Positions 51,388 through 63,389 of a stretch of DNA of 64,000 bases are shown here, in pieces; the first letter of the stretch is position 1; each line of letters begins with the position of its first letter. Both the position numbers and the translations under genes were made by a program. The stretch is taken from positions 130,138,001 to 130,202,000 of the forward strand of contig JAGIQG010000002.1 of NCBI GenBank assembly GCA_024679065.1, written 5' to 3'. This DNA is from Sphyrna mokarran (taxonomy: Eukaryota). The notes beneath the pieces were generated by a model. The model worked only from the letters and a program-made list of their open reading frames with translations. It ran no database searches and was not told the DNA's origin.

Positions 51388-51534
51388 GCTCCTCAGATGG
51401 GCACGTTTATCGGGGTCTACCTGCCATGTCTACAGAACATTCTGGGAGTTATCTTGTTCTTGCGCCTGACGTGGATTGTTGGAGTTGCAGGAATCTTTGA
51501 GTCCTTCTGGATTGTCTTCATCTGCTGCGCTTGC
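51388..51534 (+). CDS. SLC12A5: KCC exon 4 (147 nt, phase 0-0), TM1-TM2
   Basis: ttgcag|GCT CCT CAG ATG...GCT TGC|gtaagt; [49 protein letters not shown]. Confidence 0.98.
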
Positions 51535-51904
51535 GTAAGTTGGAAGCTACTACCAATACCTCTTTAGGAAACTGTTCGCTTTTTTGTGAATTGATAAATG
51601 GGATAATGCATCCAATGTTTTGTTTGGAATATAACATTCTCTCTCCACATGCTCGAAACAAAAATGCAGAGAATGTTTGTCACTCAAAGGAGATTTTCGA
51701 ACAACACCTTCTGCTATGCAAAAATGTTCTCAGGAAATGTACAGGAGCTACCTCTTCCATCATGATTGAGTTTTTGAACTAGTGAATACTTGCTGCTGAA
51801 TGCTGAACCTGGTGTTCAACTAGAATCTAAAAGATGTTGCTGACCAGAGCTCAAATTCAATTCAATTGATGCTGACAAAATGTAAAAAGATGGGTTTTGA
51901 CATA

Positions 51905-52185
51905 TGACGGTGGGTTAGCACTGCTGCCTGTCAGCTCCAACGACCCAGTTCAATTCCTAGCTTCGGTCACTGTCTGTGTGTAATCTATCGGGGGGGAGGG
52001 GTGCTCCGGTTTCCTCCCACAGTCCAAAGATCTGTGGGTTCAGTGGATTGGTCATGCAAAATTGCGCCTTAGTATCAGTGGGACCAGCAGGGTAAATATG
52101 TGGGACTATGGGATAGGGCCTGGATGGGATTATGGTCAGTGCAGACTCGATTGGCTGACTGGCCTACTTCTGTAGGATTCTATGA
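51905..52185 (+). mobile_element. HE1-like V-SINE
   Basis: GGTTAGCACTGCTGCC head; GTAGGATTCTATG end. Confidence 0.87.
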
Positions 52186-53254
52186 ATTCCTTAACTCTAT
52201 GAAATCCAATATTGAATTTGTTAACCTAAGGCTACGAATTCTGAGGGTATAAATTGTCTAGTTTCTTTATAGTATGAATCATTTAGGGATTTAGTGTCAC
52301 TAGGGGGTAAACCTTAAAGGCACATTTGCTTTGGTGTGAATTGGTAGGTTAAAATGCCACTAATGTGGATTTTGATTATTTTCCTGGGTGCAGCCATCCA
52401 TTTGAAATTTCCAATGCTGGTTATTATGAGGCTCTCTGAGAAAATAATTAAAAGCTACATTTTAGACTGGATAAGCAGCAGATATTGTTACTCTGAGCCA
52501 GTCTCATATGATAGACGCTGATCTCATAACTGCATTGGGTGTTACATGCTAGCTTATGTGCTGTTGCCTTTTCTCCATTCCATTCCCAGCGTATCACTCA
52601 ATGTTTTGAAAAATCCCCCGCAGCTATTTGCAAAAATAGTGTGTCACCAATCGATTGGAGGGGAACAATTTAACAGCACTGTTAACTTCAGTGCCACTTT
52701 AATATGCACAGGAGCTGAAATTTGCCCCACACTGCCCCCTTTCACTTCTTGTCAGTAATGATCCAACAAAGCAATCAGTGTTGCCCTGCCCTTTGGTCAA
52801 GTCATTTTAATGAAAATGGCCAGCAAGAGAGCCTTCAGTTCAGTAATGCCAATTTTTAGATTTTACTCTGGGGAAAGAATCGTGATTGGTAAATCAAAGC
52901 AAGAGCAGCAAGTGCACAAGAACACCATCAATTCCCAAGTTTCCCTTCAAGTCTCACACCACCTGGACTTGGACACAGTGCCATTCCTTCATTGTCGTTG
53001 GTTCAAGATCCTGCGACTTCAAACTTAGTGGAAGCAGATTGCAGCCGCACTAGTGGAAGGTTTATCATCACCATCTGAAGGGCTCTAAGATTCGGGAATT
53101 AAATGTTGGCCTGCCACAACATGAGAATGAATAGATTTGAAACAGTGTTGCTCTGAAAGTGAGGAAGCGCTGCGAATTCCTTCACTTGATGCTCGCTATG
53201 TATGTTTCTGCATGAAAGCCAAGCTAATTTTCACTGGGGTTTTTTTCTCCGCAG

Positions 53255-53309
53255 ACTTTGCTGACTGCAATATCGATGAGTGCTATTGCGACCAATGGTG
53301 TGGTGCCAG
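53255..53309 (+). CDS. SLC12A5: KCC exon 5 (55 nt, phase 0-1)
   Basis: ccgcag|ACT TTG CTG...GTG CCA G|gtaagt; TLLTAISMSAIATNGVVP. Confidence 0.97.
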
Positions 53310-53451
53310 GTAAGTAAACCCTTTGTAAATATCCGCCTCCCAGTAAAGACTTTTTTTTTAATGTTATTGATATCAGTGGATATGCGATGGCATTGTACGT
53401 CAGTGGAGTGATTTATTCTGTTTGACTTGTTTCCAAAAGCAAAACGTACTC

Positions 53452-53575
53452 TGGCCCAAACTCTACCTCACCTGCCCCAGATTTGGCAAGGGTGATGGTC
53501 CCACAACAGAAATTTCTGTTTGCCTCGAGCGGGATCTTGTGGTCTTGCCCAGTCGAGGCTGTACAATTCTGCCCT
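53452..53575. mobile_element. About 120-bp MITE-like element
   Basis: GGCCCAAACTCTAC...GTACAATTCTGCCC imperfect TIRs; related copies at 33757-33882, 38961-39080 and 61045-61158. Confidence 0.55.
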
Positions 53576-54134
53576 CTGTGTCAACTTCTACGCCTTGCAT
53601 ATATAAATAAGCATCAAGGTTGTCCAGTCCACTGGGTGGTCAGGCTCAACCCACAACTCCTTCAGTTTGGGATAAAGTCTCAATGACCATTTCCCGGGGA
53701 TTTGATAGGCACCCTATAAAATGCGAGTTGGTCGGTCTATTTGTTGCTATCCTTCCTGCTACCACCACACTCTGTTCGGCTAACAGCAATTCACTGAACC
53801 CAGAGATAATGACCAAATTCACTGCAAGAGAGCCTCAACTCCAGCTTTTAATCTTTTAATAAAACTGGACAGTATTTTGGTGATGGCAGATGAGCAAGAA
53901 ATGCATATTTTACTAGAGAAAACCAAGTTTTGTTAATATAGCAATCGAGATATTCTGCTCCCGTTTTTGCTAAGTGGGGCGGGTTCGGTGATGGGAGCCG
54001 AAAATTTTGTGAAATGTCCCAATTGTGTTTCACGCAGACATAAAAGGGTGAAGTGATCATCGTTCCCCCATCCCCCCACCACCATCACTAACGTAATGCA
54101 TCTCCTGACATTCAGTGGCGGGAACATCATTTCC

Positions 54135-54380
54135 ACAGTATTGTGGTACTGCTGCCTCAGAGCGCCCACGGACTTGGGTTCGATACCTGGCTTAGGTCAC
54201 TGTCTGTGTACGTCCTCCCACAGTCCAAAGATGTGCAGGTTAGGTAGATTAGCTGTACTAAATTCTCCTTCAGTACACCTGAGCACGTGCTGAAGTGTGG
54301 CAACGAGGGATTTATGTATTAATTTCATTGCAGTGTTAATGTAAGATTTCTAGTGACATTAATAAAATAAACTTAAAACT
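54135..54380 (+). mobile_element. V-SINE, type-B tail (internal deletion)
   Basis: Head, then TTTCATTGCAGTGTTAATGTAAG...GTGACATTAATAAAATAAACTTAAAACT. Confidence 0.83.
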
Positions 54381-55443
54381 GAGACATCAGCATATCATTG
54401 TCATGAATCATGACTGATCTCCCAAAGGGTGCACCTGTGAGCGGGTCTCCGAGAAAAGCACAGGTCAGTGCATCGCTCAGGAGGCCGAGGGTCATACCCG
54501 AGCACGGCCCCCGAGCAGCCCCTAGGATGGGGGTGGGAGAGGAAAGGACTCATGGTGCGTAGGGATTGGGATGCAGGGGAGACGGTTTCAAGTGAGCTAT
54601 TATGCTCAGGCCAGCTTTGAAAAATGGCTACCCGATCTTTAAAAAACTTGAGCCATTGGTGGGGCAGGCTCATGGGACCCTCCTATTGCTGTTCATGGTG
54701 GACCTCCCATGTCCTGGTGGAGAAAGTCGGTGACTGGTGACTTTAATGCCACTATTCCATCTGCTATCGGCTTTTGCCAACATGTGTGAAAATTTCACCC
54801 AGTGTATTTCAGTGCCTTGGTGATTTAAAGCAAATTTTTTTTAAGTCTAGTCACTGCTGTCACACAGTGAGCAATATGTACACAGCACGCTGCCACAATA
54901 ACAATGAAATCAGTTACAGTCTTATTCTCTATTAGTGCTGTAGCTTGAGAAATAATTATTGATGAGAGAGAACTCTCCTCTCTGTAGGAATAGTGTTTTG
55001 GGATCATCATGCCCATTTCAGAGGACAAATAACCATGATTTAAGTTTCATCTGAAAGAGGACAAATTCAGCAGTGGAGCACATCCCCAGAGCTGCTCTGA
55101 ATCTTGTGCTGGAGTCTCTTGGAGCCGGCACTTGAACAATCAAGTGTTTGCTTGAAGTGATGAGTATGACCATTGACCTACAGCTAATGTGATGAGGATG
55201 CCATGCAGGTTTGGCTGGAATCTTCTTGGATCTGTTTTCATAACCTAACCTGATGTGCAAGCATAAGTGCAAGGTACCTATCGTATTTGCAGCATAGATA
55301 AAGCATGGAGCAGAAGCAATAATGAAGAAAATACCTCTCAAATCCATAGTTAATAGCCAGCTTAGCCTAAGCCTGTCTGCTATTGATATTGCTTAGGCTA
55401 GAATGTTTTTGCTTCCTCTCTGGGCCATTTTATATCTGCTTAA

Positions 55444-55689
<246 letters not shown>

Positions 55690-55969
55690 TAAATATTATT
55701 TTAAAAAATTATTTCAAAAGCAAGTTGCACAAGGAGAAGAACAAACCCCAAAGCCTTCTGTGGTTGCTCCGTCATTGGATTAGATCATGGCTGATCTTTA
55801 AGTGTGTTGAACAGCCTGAAGTGGATCTTGAACCCTTAACCTTCAGACTGAGGGGAGTGCCGTAGTTGACGCATAACATACTTGGTTCAGTTCTGAAGAT
55901 ATCTCTTGTTGTGTTGCACTTCTTTAGTCACTGCTAGTCCTCGGGTACCTAAGCTGTTGGCTGTTCCTA

Positions 55970-56770
55970 ATCATGGAATAGGATCTGCACTGGTCCGGAT
56001 GCCATTGGGCCCATTGAGCCTGCACCCAATAGCAATCCCAGCTAGGCCCTATCCTTAATAACACACAAAGAACAAAGAAAATTACAGCACAGGAAAAGGC
56101 CTTTCGGCCCTCCAAGCTTGCACCTGCCATGCTGCCCAACTGAGCTAAAGCCCCCTATCCTTCCGGGGACTATATCCCTCTATTCCCATCCTATTTGCCC
56201 AAACACTCCTTAAAAGTCACTATCATATCTGCTTCCACCACCTCACCCGGCAGTGAGTTCCAGGCACTCACCACCCTCTGTGTAAAAAGTCTGCCTCTAC
56301 ATCTTCTTTAAACCTTGCCCCTCGCATCTTAAACCTATGCCCCCCAGTAATTGACTCTTTCACCCTGGGAAAAAGCTTCTGACTATCCACTGTGTCCATG
56401 CCCCTCGTAATCTTGGAGACTTCTATCAAGTTGCTCTTCAACCTCCCTTGTTCCAGTGAGAGCAAAACAAGTTTCTCCAACTTCTCATAGCCAATGTCCA
56501 AAACCCTTAAGAGTTTTACCATTTACTGTATATTTTCTACTTTTATTAGACCTTCCAAAATGCATTACCTCACATGTATCTGGGTTTGCCATGTATTTGC
56601 ATTGCTCATCTTCCTGACATTAATGGGCAATTTAGCATGGCCAATCCACGTAACCAGCACATCTTTTGGAGGAAGTCCACGCAGATACAGGGAGAATGTG
56701 CAAACTCCATACAGACAGTTAGCGAAGGCTGGATTTGAACCTGTGTCCCTGGCACTGAGACAGTAGTGTC
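55970..56770 (-). mobile_element. HE1-like V-SINE split by a young CR1 3' end (56065-56500) and a further CR1 piece
   Basis: SINE tail 55970-56060, body 56590-56770; the insert starts ACAAAGAACAAAGAAAATTACAGCACAGGA (same subfamily as 21311); ORF GYEKLEKLVLLSLEQGRLKSNLIEVSKI. Confidence 0.85.
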
Positions 56771-57239
56771 ACCCCTCTGAGAGAGCTGAAACCGGGGTTT
56801 GTTGGATAGCAAAGAGAGCCGAGATCACAAGCTAATTTTTGCTTTCCAAAGCTGATTTGTTAGCTAAAGCCTGCAGTCTCTTGTATTGGTTTATTGTAGA
56901 AGATTTTCTATATACTGAAAATGCATAAATGCTAATTACTGTTTCTTGAAATTCAAATGTTTGCAAGCATAGTCTTTGAACTCCAATTTCAGTTACAATT
57001 AACAGAGGCATGAAATTACTATTTTAATGAAATGTAATTAATGACCTAATGGAATTCTATTCTGAGTAATTGCACATTTCAAAGTCACACATTCATTGTG
57101 TTAATTAGATTGCTCATTGTTGAGAAATGCCCCGTTTTCACTTCTTTCGATTTTAAATAGAATTCAATATTCTTCAGGCCAATCTTTCTGTCCTCGTCTT
57201 TGCATTCTGTACATTCAAAAGACTCTTGTCGTTATTTGA

Positions 57240-57480
57240 ACTCTTCAATTCATCCATCGCCCCTGTGCTTACTGACCTACATTGGTACAGCCTCGATATA
57301 AAAATGTTCATCCTCGTGTTCAGAGCCCTGAATGCCCTTTGGGCCTCTTGCACATCACTGAATTTTGTTGATCTGTTCTGGGGGGAGTGGGGTGAGCTCC
57401 TGATTTCCAGGCGACTGGCATTTGTCCGCTTAGCCATGAGGAGATTCAAGGCCAGTGATGGAGCACTTTGGGAGTTTATT
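57240..57480 (+). mobile_element. L2 LINE ORF2 C-terminal fragment
   Basis: IAPVLTDLHW...KMFILVFRALNAL matches the L2 motif ITPVL..LHWLP..FKILLLVFKAL. Confidence 0.65.
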
Positions 57481-57691
57481 GGTATAGAATCATACAGCAC
57501 AAGGTGCCAACCATTGGCCTATTGTCTTTGAAAGAACTATCTAACTAGTTTCATTTTTCCCACACCCCCTGTGTATCTTTCATTTTCAAATTCTCTTATG
57601 AAACTTATGATTGAATAATAATGCTGCTCGTATTGACACATGTTTCACTACAAGGGTTAATTGCAACAAAACTTAAAGCCTTAGTTGTAGT

Positions 57692-57990
57692 TATAGAAAC
57701 TCTACAGTGCAGATGGAGGCCATTCGGCCCATAGAGACTGCACTGACCACAATCCCATCCAGGCCCTATTCCTGTAACCCCACATATTTACCCTAGCTAG
57801 TCCCTCTGGCACAAGTGGCAATTTAGCATGGCCGATCAACCTAACCCCCACATCTTTGGAATGTGGAAGGAAACCAGAGCATCTGGAGAAAACCCATGCA
57901 GACGCTGAAAGAATGTGCAAACCCTATACACACACTGACCTGAGGCCGGAATTGAACCCAGATCCCTGGTGTTGTGAGCGCTTACCAATG
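57692..57990 (-). mobile_element. HE1-like V-SINE
   Basis: CTACAGTGCAGATGGAGGCCATTCGGCCC tail, V-domain, B box. Confidence 0.88.
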
Positions 57991-58254
57991 TGCGACCCAC
58001 AATCCTCTTCCTCCTTTTTGTGCGCAAGTTGTTATGAAGTAACTTACAAATTCTGTTGGCATTCACCTATAAGGCTATTTCTCCAGCTATCACTGAGCCC
58101 GGAGAAGCTGACAGATGTTTACATAACTGCCATGAATCCCATTTTGTAACTCAGTGACAGGAGGTGCAGTTGGAGCACTCTGTCCCAAGAATGCCTTGTA
58201 AGTGAATAAAACCTTAGGGGCTTGAAGGTCAAGGCACCTTGCATGTTTCATTAT

Positions 58255-58697
58255 GGGTGGTACAGTGGCACAGCGGTTAGCATTGCTGCTTCTCAATGCC
58301 AGGGACCTGGGTTTGATTCCCGGCTTGGGTCACTGTCTGTCCAGAGTCTGCACGTTCTTCTTGTGTCTGCCTGAGTTCCCTCCCACAGTCCAGGAGATGT
58401 ACTGGTTGGGTGCATTGGCCATGCTAAATTCTCCTTCAGTGTTCCTGAACAGGCCTGAATGTGGTGACTTGGGGATTTTCACAGTTTAGAATCCTACAGT
58501 GCAGAATGAGGCCATTCAGCCCATTGTGTCCATAGCAACCTCTACCAAGGCCCTATTCCTGTAACCCAACACATTTACACTGATAATCCCTCTGACAGTA
58601 GGGTTAATTTAGCATGGCTAATCAACCTAACCCGGTTTTGATCTTTGTATTGTAAGTACATTGTTCATGTAAGCCTGCTTGTAACACTAACAAATAC
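58255..58697 (+). mobile_element. Type-B V-SINE interrupted by a minus-strand type-A tail fragment (58487-58635)
   Basis: ...GGGGATTTTCACAGT, then the insert, then ...ATGTAAGCCTGCTTGTAACACTAACAAATA. Confidence 0.8.
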
Positions 58698-59016
58698 ATT
58701 TTTAAAAATGTTGTTGCCTAATATTTTCTGGCTAGCACAATGTGCACGTTAATGTTTCTGGTAAGGATTGAAGTGGGCTGAATTAGATACCTGGTTAACT
58801 CGGTGACACTTGCTTTCAAGAGCAGTTTCTGAAGAAAGAAATGCAACTGTATTCCAGTTTGCATTCATGGTTGATGGGGTAAGGGAGATAGATATAGTAA
58901 TTGTATGGAAGTTGTCAAAAGCTCATTGATGCCATTCTGTGTTATTGCCAAAATGTAAATTAAAGTATGGTGAATCTGTGATGTTTTTCGTGTCTAATAC
59001 ACAACCTCTCTTCTAG

Positions 59017-59258
59017 ACCTACATTGTTCCAAGTGCAGCTATATTCAAAGCAGAGGATCCCAGCCAAGAAAACTTGGCCCTGTTGAACAACATGAGGGTT
59101 TATGGCACATGTGCAATCACTTTGATGGCCACGGTGGTATTTGTCGGAGTCAAATATGTCAACAAACTTGCTCTGGTGTTCCTAGCCTGCGTCATTCTCT
59201 CTATCCTTGCCATCTATGCAGGGGTCATCAAAACTGCCTTCAGTCCACCTGACTTTCC
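59017..59258 (+). CDS. SLC12A5: KCC exon 7 (242 nt, phase 0-2), TM4-TM5
   Basis: ttctag|ACC TAC ATT...GAC TTT CC|gtaagt; [80 protein letters not shown](P). Confidence 0.98.
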
Positions 59259-59329
59259 GTAAGTACACCCACACGTCAGTTACCTTAAAGGAGCTGCCTT
59301 GAGTTCTGCAAGAGTCTTGCCACTTAAAG

Positions 59330-59870
59330 TTGTAGAGGTTTGCAGCATGGAAATAGGCCCTTCGGCCCAACTTGTCCATGCCGTCCAATTTTTACCGCCT
59401 AAGCTAGTCCCAATTGCTCCATTTGGACCATATCCCTCTATACCCATCTTAACCATGTGACTGCCTATATGCTTTTTAAAAAGATAACATTGTACCCGCC
59501 TCTACTACTACCTCTGGCAGCTCATTCCAGACACTCTCCACCTTCTGTGTTCAAAAAAACTGCCTCTCTGGATTCTTCTGTATCTCTCCCTTCTCATCTT
59601 AAACCAAAGGCCTCAAGTTTTAGACTCCCCTAACCTTGGAAAAGATATTGACTATCTATCTTGTCTCTGCCCCTCATTATTTTATAGACCTCCTAAATGA
59701 TCACCCCCTAAGCCTCTTATGCTCTAAGGAAAAATAATCCCAGTCTATCCCTCCTCTCCTTATAATTCAAACTATCCAATCCCAGTAGCATCTGAGTAAA
59801 TCTTTTCTGTGCTCTTTCTAGTTTAATAATATCCTTTGTGTAATCAGATGACAAGAACTGTACACTGTAA
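59330..59870 (-). mobile_element. CR1 3' end
   Basis: ORF VQFLSSDYTKDIIKLERAQKRFTQMLLGLDSLNYKERRDRLGLF; AGGCCCTTCGGCCC terminal motif. Confidence 0.9.
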
Positions 59871-59939
59871 ATGAAAAATGGGTTGTAAACACTTTGCTTT
59901 CGACAATATAAATTGGAAATAAAAGATCGTTTATTTTCT

Positions 59940-60370
59940 GTTACACAGGAACAGCAATAGGTCATTTGGCTTCTTGAACTTATTCTATCATTTAGATCAT
60001 AATTCCATATACCTTGGTTCTGTATGGCAGAGCCTTGCCTAACACAAAAATAAATGACTCAGTTTTGAAATTTGCCGTTGACCTACTTTTTGCAGAATGC
60101 ATTCCACATTTGCAATCAAATTTGTATGAAGAAGTGCTTTTTAACACCACCTCTGAATAGCCGAGTGCTAACTTTAAGGTATAGCCCCTTTGCTCTGAAT
60201 ACTTGCATCTGAAGACTTACCCCACAGGAAACCATTTGTCTCTATCTATCCGATCCATTCCTTTGATCATCTTAAGAATTTTAATTAGGTCACCCCTTAT
60301 TCTTTTGTACTTGAATGAATACAAGCCTAATCTATACAATTTATTCTCACAATTGAAATCTTTTATCCCT
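59940..60370 (-). mobile_element. Older CR1 3' end
   Basis: CAGGAACAGCAATAGGTCATTTGGC...ATTAGGTCACCCCTTA. Confidence 0.65.
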
Positions 60371-60683
60371 TTTAATTTAGTTCCCCTCCTCAAGGTGCTG
60401 ACTGTTGCTGGGGTGAGTATGTACTTGCAAGTGTCAACAGTTTAAACACCTTTCTCAGCTTCCAATGTTCACTAAATCATTTCTTGGGTATCTGAACCAG
60501 TATTGCTATTCGTTGCCCTTGATTCCCATTGTGTTCTCGGAACGTGGACCTAGACATAGGAGAATGTTTCCACGGTCCTGATCTCCTACTCTTGTGATAA
60601 ACTAACTCCTTGTTCACCCATGTTCTCGTCTTATATTTTTCACATTGCAATGTTATACACTATTATTTTCTTTCCCTCTACAG

Positions 60684-60895
60684 CGTTTGTGTGCTTGGAA
60701 ACAGGACCTTAGCCTGGCGAACTTTTGAAGTATGCGATAAGTTTATCACCGAAGGCAACGAGACAGTGACGACTCAGCTTTGGCAGCTCTTTTGCGATAG
60801 CCCCCATCTCAACGCCACTTGTGATGAATATTTTAGTCTCAACAATGTAACAAAAATTCAAGGGATCCCTGGTATTGCGAGCAGAGTGATACTTG
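60684..60895 (+). CDS. SLC12A5: KCC exon 8 (212 nt, phase 2-1), large extracellular loop
   Basis: ctacag|C GTT TGT...ATA CTT G|gtgagt; [70 protein letters not shown]. Four conserved Cys and sequons NRT, NET, NAT, NVT. Confidence 0.98.
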
Positions 60896-61869
60896 GTGAG
60901 TATTCATTAGAAAAGTAGATAATGCTAGCAGTTGCACGAGGAAGATATTTTAACAGACAACTTATAACCTGTGGCATGAGTCAAAACACACTTGAAAGAT
61001 TCCTCTACTAGATATCTTAGAGTGAAGATTCCCCCAGACATATTGGCCAGAACTCTACCTTCTTGCCCGGCTTGGGCAAGGGTTCGGCAACAGAAATCTC
61101 CGTTGATCTCGAGCAGGGATTTCCAATCTCTCCTGAGTGATGCCGTAAAATCCCACCAATCAATATTGCACTGTCTGCTGTGGCTCTAAGTAAAAGAATT
61201 GTGGAGATTTAAATCTCAATGTTCCAGTTACCAAAATAGAAGATAAATACGCAGATGCTGGAAATCAGAAACAAAAGCATAAATCTTGGAAAACACTGAG
61301 CTGACCTCCATCAGCCTGTACAGAGAGAGAACCAGAATTAACCGGCTGGATTGTTGCATAGTCGGAGACTCCACAAGCCTTTTTAAAAATGGCAGTCAGG
61401 TGCTGACTCCAGAATTCCTGGTATCCCAGTATTAGTCAGCACGGAATAAGGGTGCAGGCTGGCTGATGATGGTTGCGAGCCAGCACCTTGTCATCCTGAC
61501 CTGGACTTCTTAGCTGCAGGGATAGGCATCTCCTAATCTGTTGCAATTTTCATGGATGTTGAGCCAGCTTTTCAGTGAGTTGTGGCTCATGGTCCCTCAG
61601 CAGTTTCGGGTTACAGGAATAGGATCTGGGTGGGATTGTGGTCGGTGAAGGTTTGAAGGACTGAAAGGCCTCGTTCTGCAATGTAGGGATTCAATGGATT
61701 TTAAAATCCGGGTAACTTTAGAAGGAAGGAAAGTAATCTCATCATCAGAGGGGATGAAAGGAAATTAAAGCTTGTTCAATGAATCTCAACTTTAACACAG
61801 AGGGGCTTCACTTGCTTGAAATGGATGATAGCAGTAAATTTGCAAAGAGATGGAATGAAGGATTGACGA

Positions 61870-62175
61870 GAATCATAGAACCCCTGCAATACAGAAGGAG
61901 GCCATTTGGCTCATCGAAGCTATATTGACCACAATCTCACCCTGGCCCTATTCCCGTAATTCTCATTTAACCTGCTAATCGTCCTGATGCTAGGGGCAAT
62001 TTAGCATGGCCAGTCCATCTAACCAAGATGTCTTGGACTGTGGGAGGAAACTGGAGCACCTGGAGGAAACCCATGCAGACACAAGGAGAATGTGCAAACT
62101 CCACACAGACAGTCACCCGAGGCCAGAATTGAACCCAGGTCCCTAGCAGTGCCAACCACTCTGCCACCAAGCTGC
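61870..62175 (-). mobile_element. HE1-like V-SINE
   Basis: GAATCATAGAACCCC tail; GGAGGAAACTGGAGCACCTGGAGGAAACCC V-domain. Confidence 0.9.
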
Positions 62176-62586
62176 CTGAGAAGCAGCCAAAGAGATGGTG
62201 ATGGATGCTATTAAGTTTGGAGGTACAGATCTTGAGGAGCAATGCAGTGCACACAAATAAATGAATGTTCGAGCAGTAATTAAATGGAAGTTTTTTGGCT
62301 GAACTTCAACTGTATTAACAGCAATGTTTCAAAGCTTTTAAATCCACTAATCTGCTTCAGTGATGTAAAGTTTCATCCAGTGGGAAATGAAATGTGCTGA
62401 TGCAAGTTTTGGCTTTGATCCAGGCACCTTGAAATTGAGCCCGTTTTGGAATTAAGCAACTTTTAGCTTTTATTTCTCTCACTTTCCCAGCAATGGGTTG
62501 TTCTCTTTCTGTTTCCAAAATCAGCCACCCAGATAAAGAGATAAATTCAAGGAATTGGCAGCTTGACCTTCAGGAAAGTAGTACAC

Positions 62587-62885
62587 TGGGCAACACAGTG
62601 GTTATCGCTGCTGCTCACAGTGCTGGGTTTGATTCCTGGCTGGGGTCACTGTGTGGAGTTTGCATGTTCTCGCCGTGTCTGTGTGGGTTTCCTCCTGGTG
62701 CTCTGGTTTACCCCCATGGAGCATAGATGTGCGGGTTAGGTTGACTAGCCATGCTAAATTGCCTCTTAGTTTCAGGGAGGATTGGCAGGGTAAATATGTG
62801 GGATTGTGTGATAGAACCTGGATGGGATTGTTGTTGGTGCAGGCCCAATGGCCGCCTTCTGCACTGTAGGATTCTGTGATCCTAA
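62587..62885 (+). mobile_element. HE1-like V-SINE
   Basis: Head to GCACTGTAGGATTCTGTGAT. Confidence 0.88.
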
Positions 62886-62896
62886 GAAATGGCAAT

Positions 62897-63267
62897 TGTC
62901 TGAAAGATTTGCTGGGTTTGGTGCATTGTAAGAAGTCTCACAACACTAAGTTAAAGTCCAACAGGTTTATTTGTAGCAAACGCCACTAGCTGTCGGAACT
63001 GGCTGTTTCTTCGTCAGGTGGGATTCAAAAGCTAGTGGCGTTTGCTACAAATAAACCTGTCGGACTTTAACCTGGTGTTGTGAGACTTCTTACTGTGTTT
63101 ACCCCAGTCCAATGCCAGCATCTCCACATTTTGGTGCATCGGCCATGCTGAATTTTCCCTTAGTGTAGCTGAACAGACACCAGAGTGTGGCAACTAAGGG
63201 ATTTTCACAGTAACTTGATTGCAGTGTTAATGTAAGTCTATTTGTGACACTAATAAATAAGCTTTAG
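62897..63267 (+). mobile_element. 3' half of a type-B V-SINE, interrupted by a Penelope-like insertion
   Basis: TCTGAAAGATTTGCTGG, then the insert, then GGCCATGCTGAATTTTCCC...TTTGTGACACTAATAAATAA. Confidence 0.82.
62927..63129. mobile_element. Miniature palindromic Penelope-like insertion with a 10-bp TSD
   Basis: About 64-bp inverted arms (62928-62991 and 63030-63093); TSD TTTGGTGCAT at 62917-62926 and 63130-63139. Confidence 0.87.
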
Positions 63268-63389
63268 TTTTACTGAATGCTGACAGTATTTGCCATTGTT
63301 GCAACTCCAGGCCTGAACCATTGCTTTGAATTAACTGTCTCATTTACCCAAACACATGTGGCACTTATGGTTCTTGTTTCTCCTGCCAG

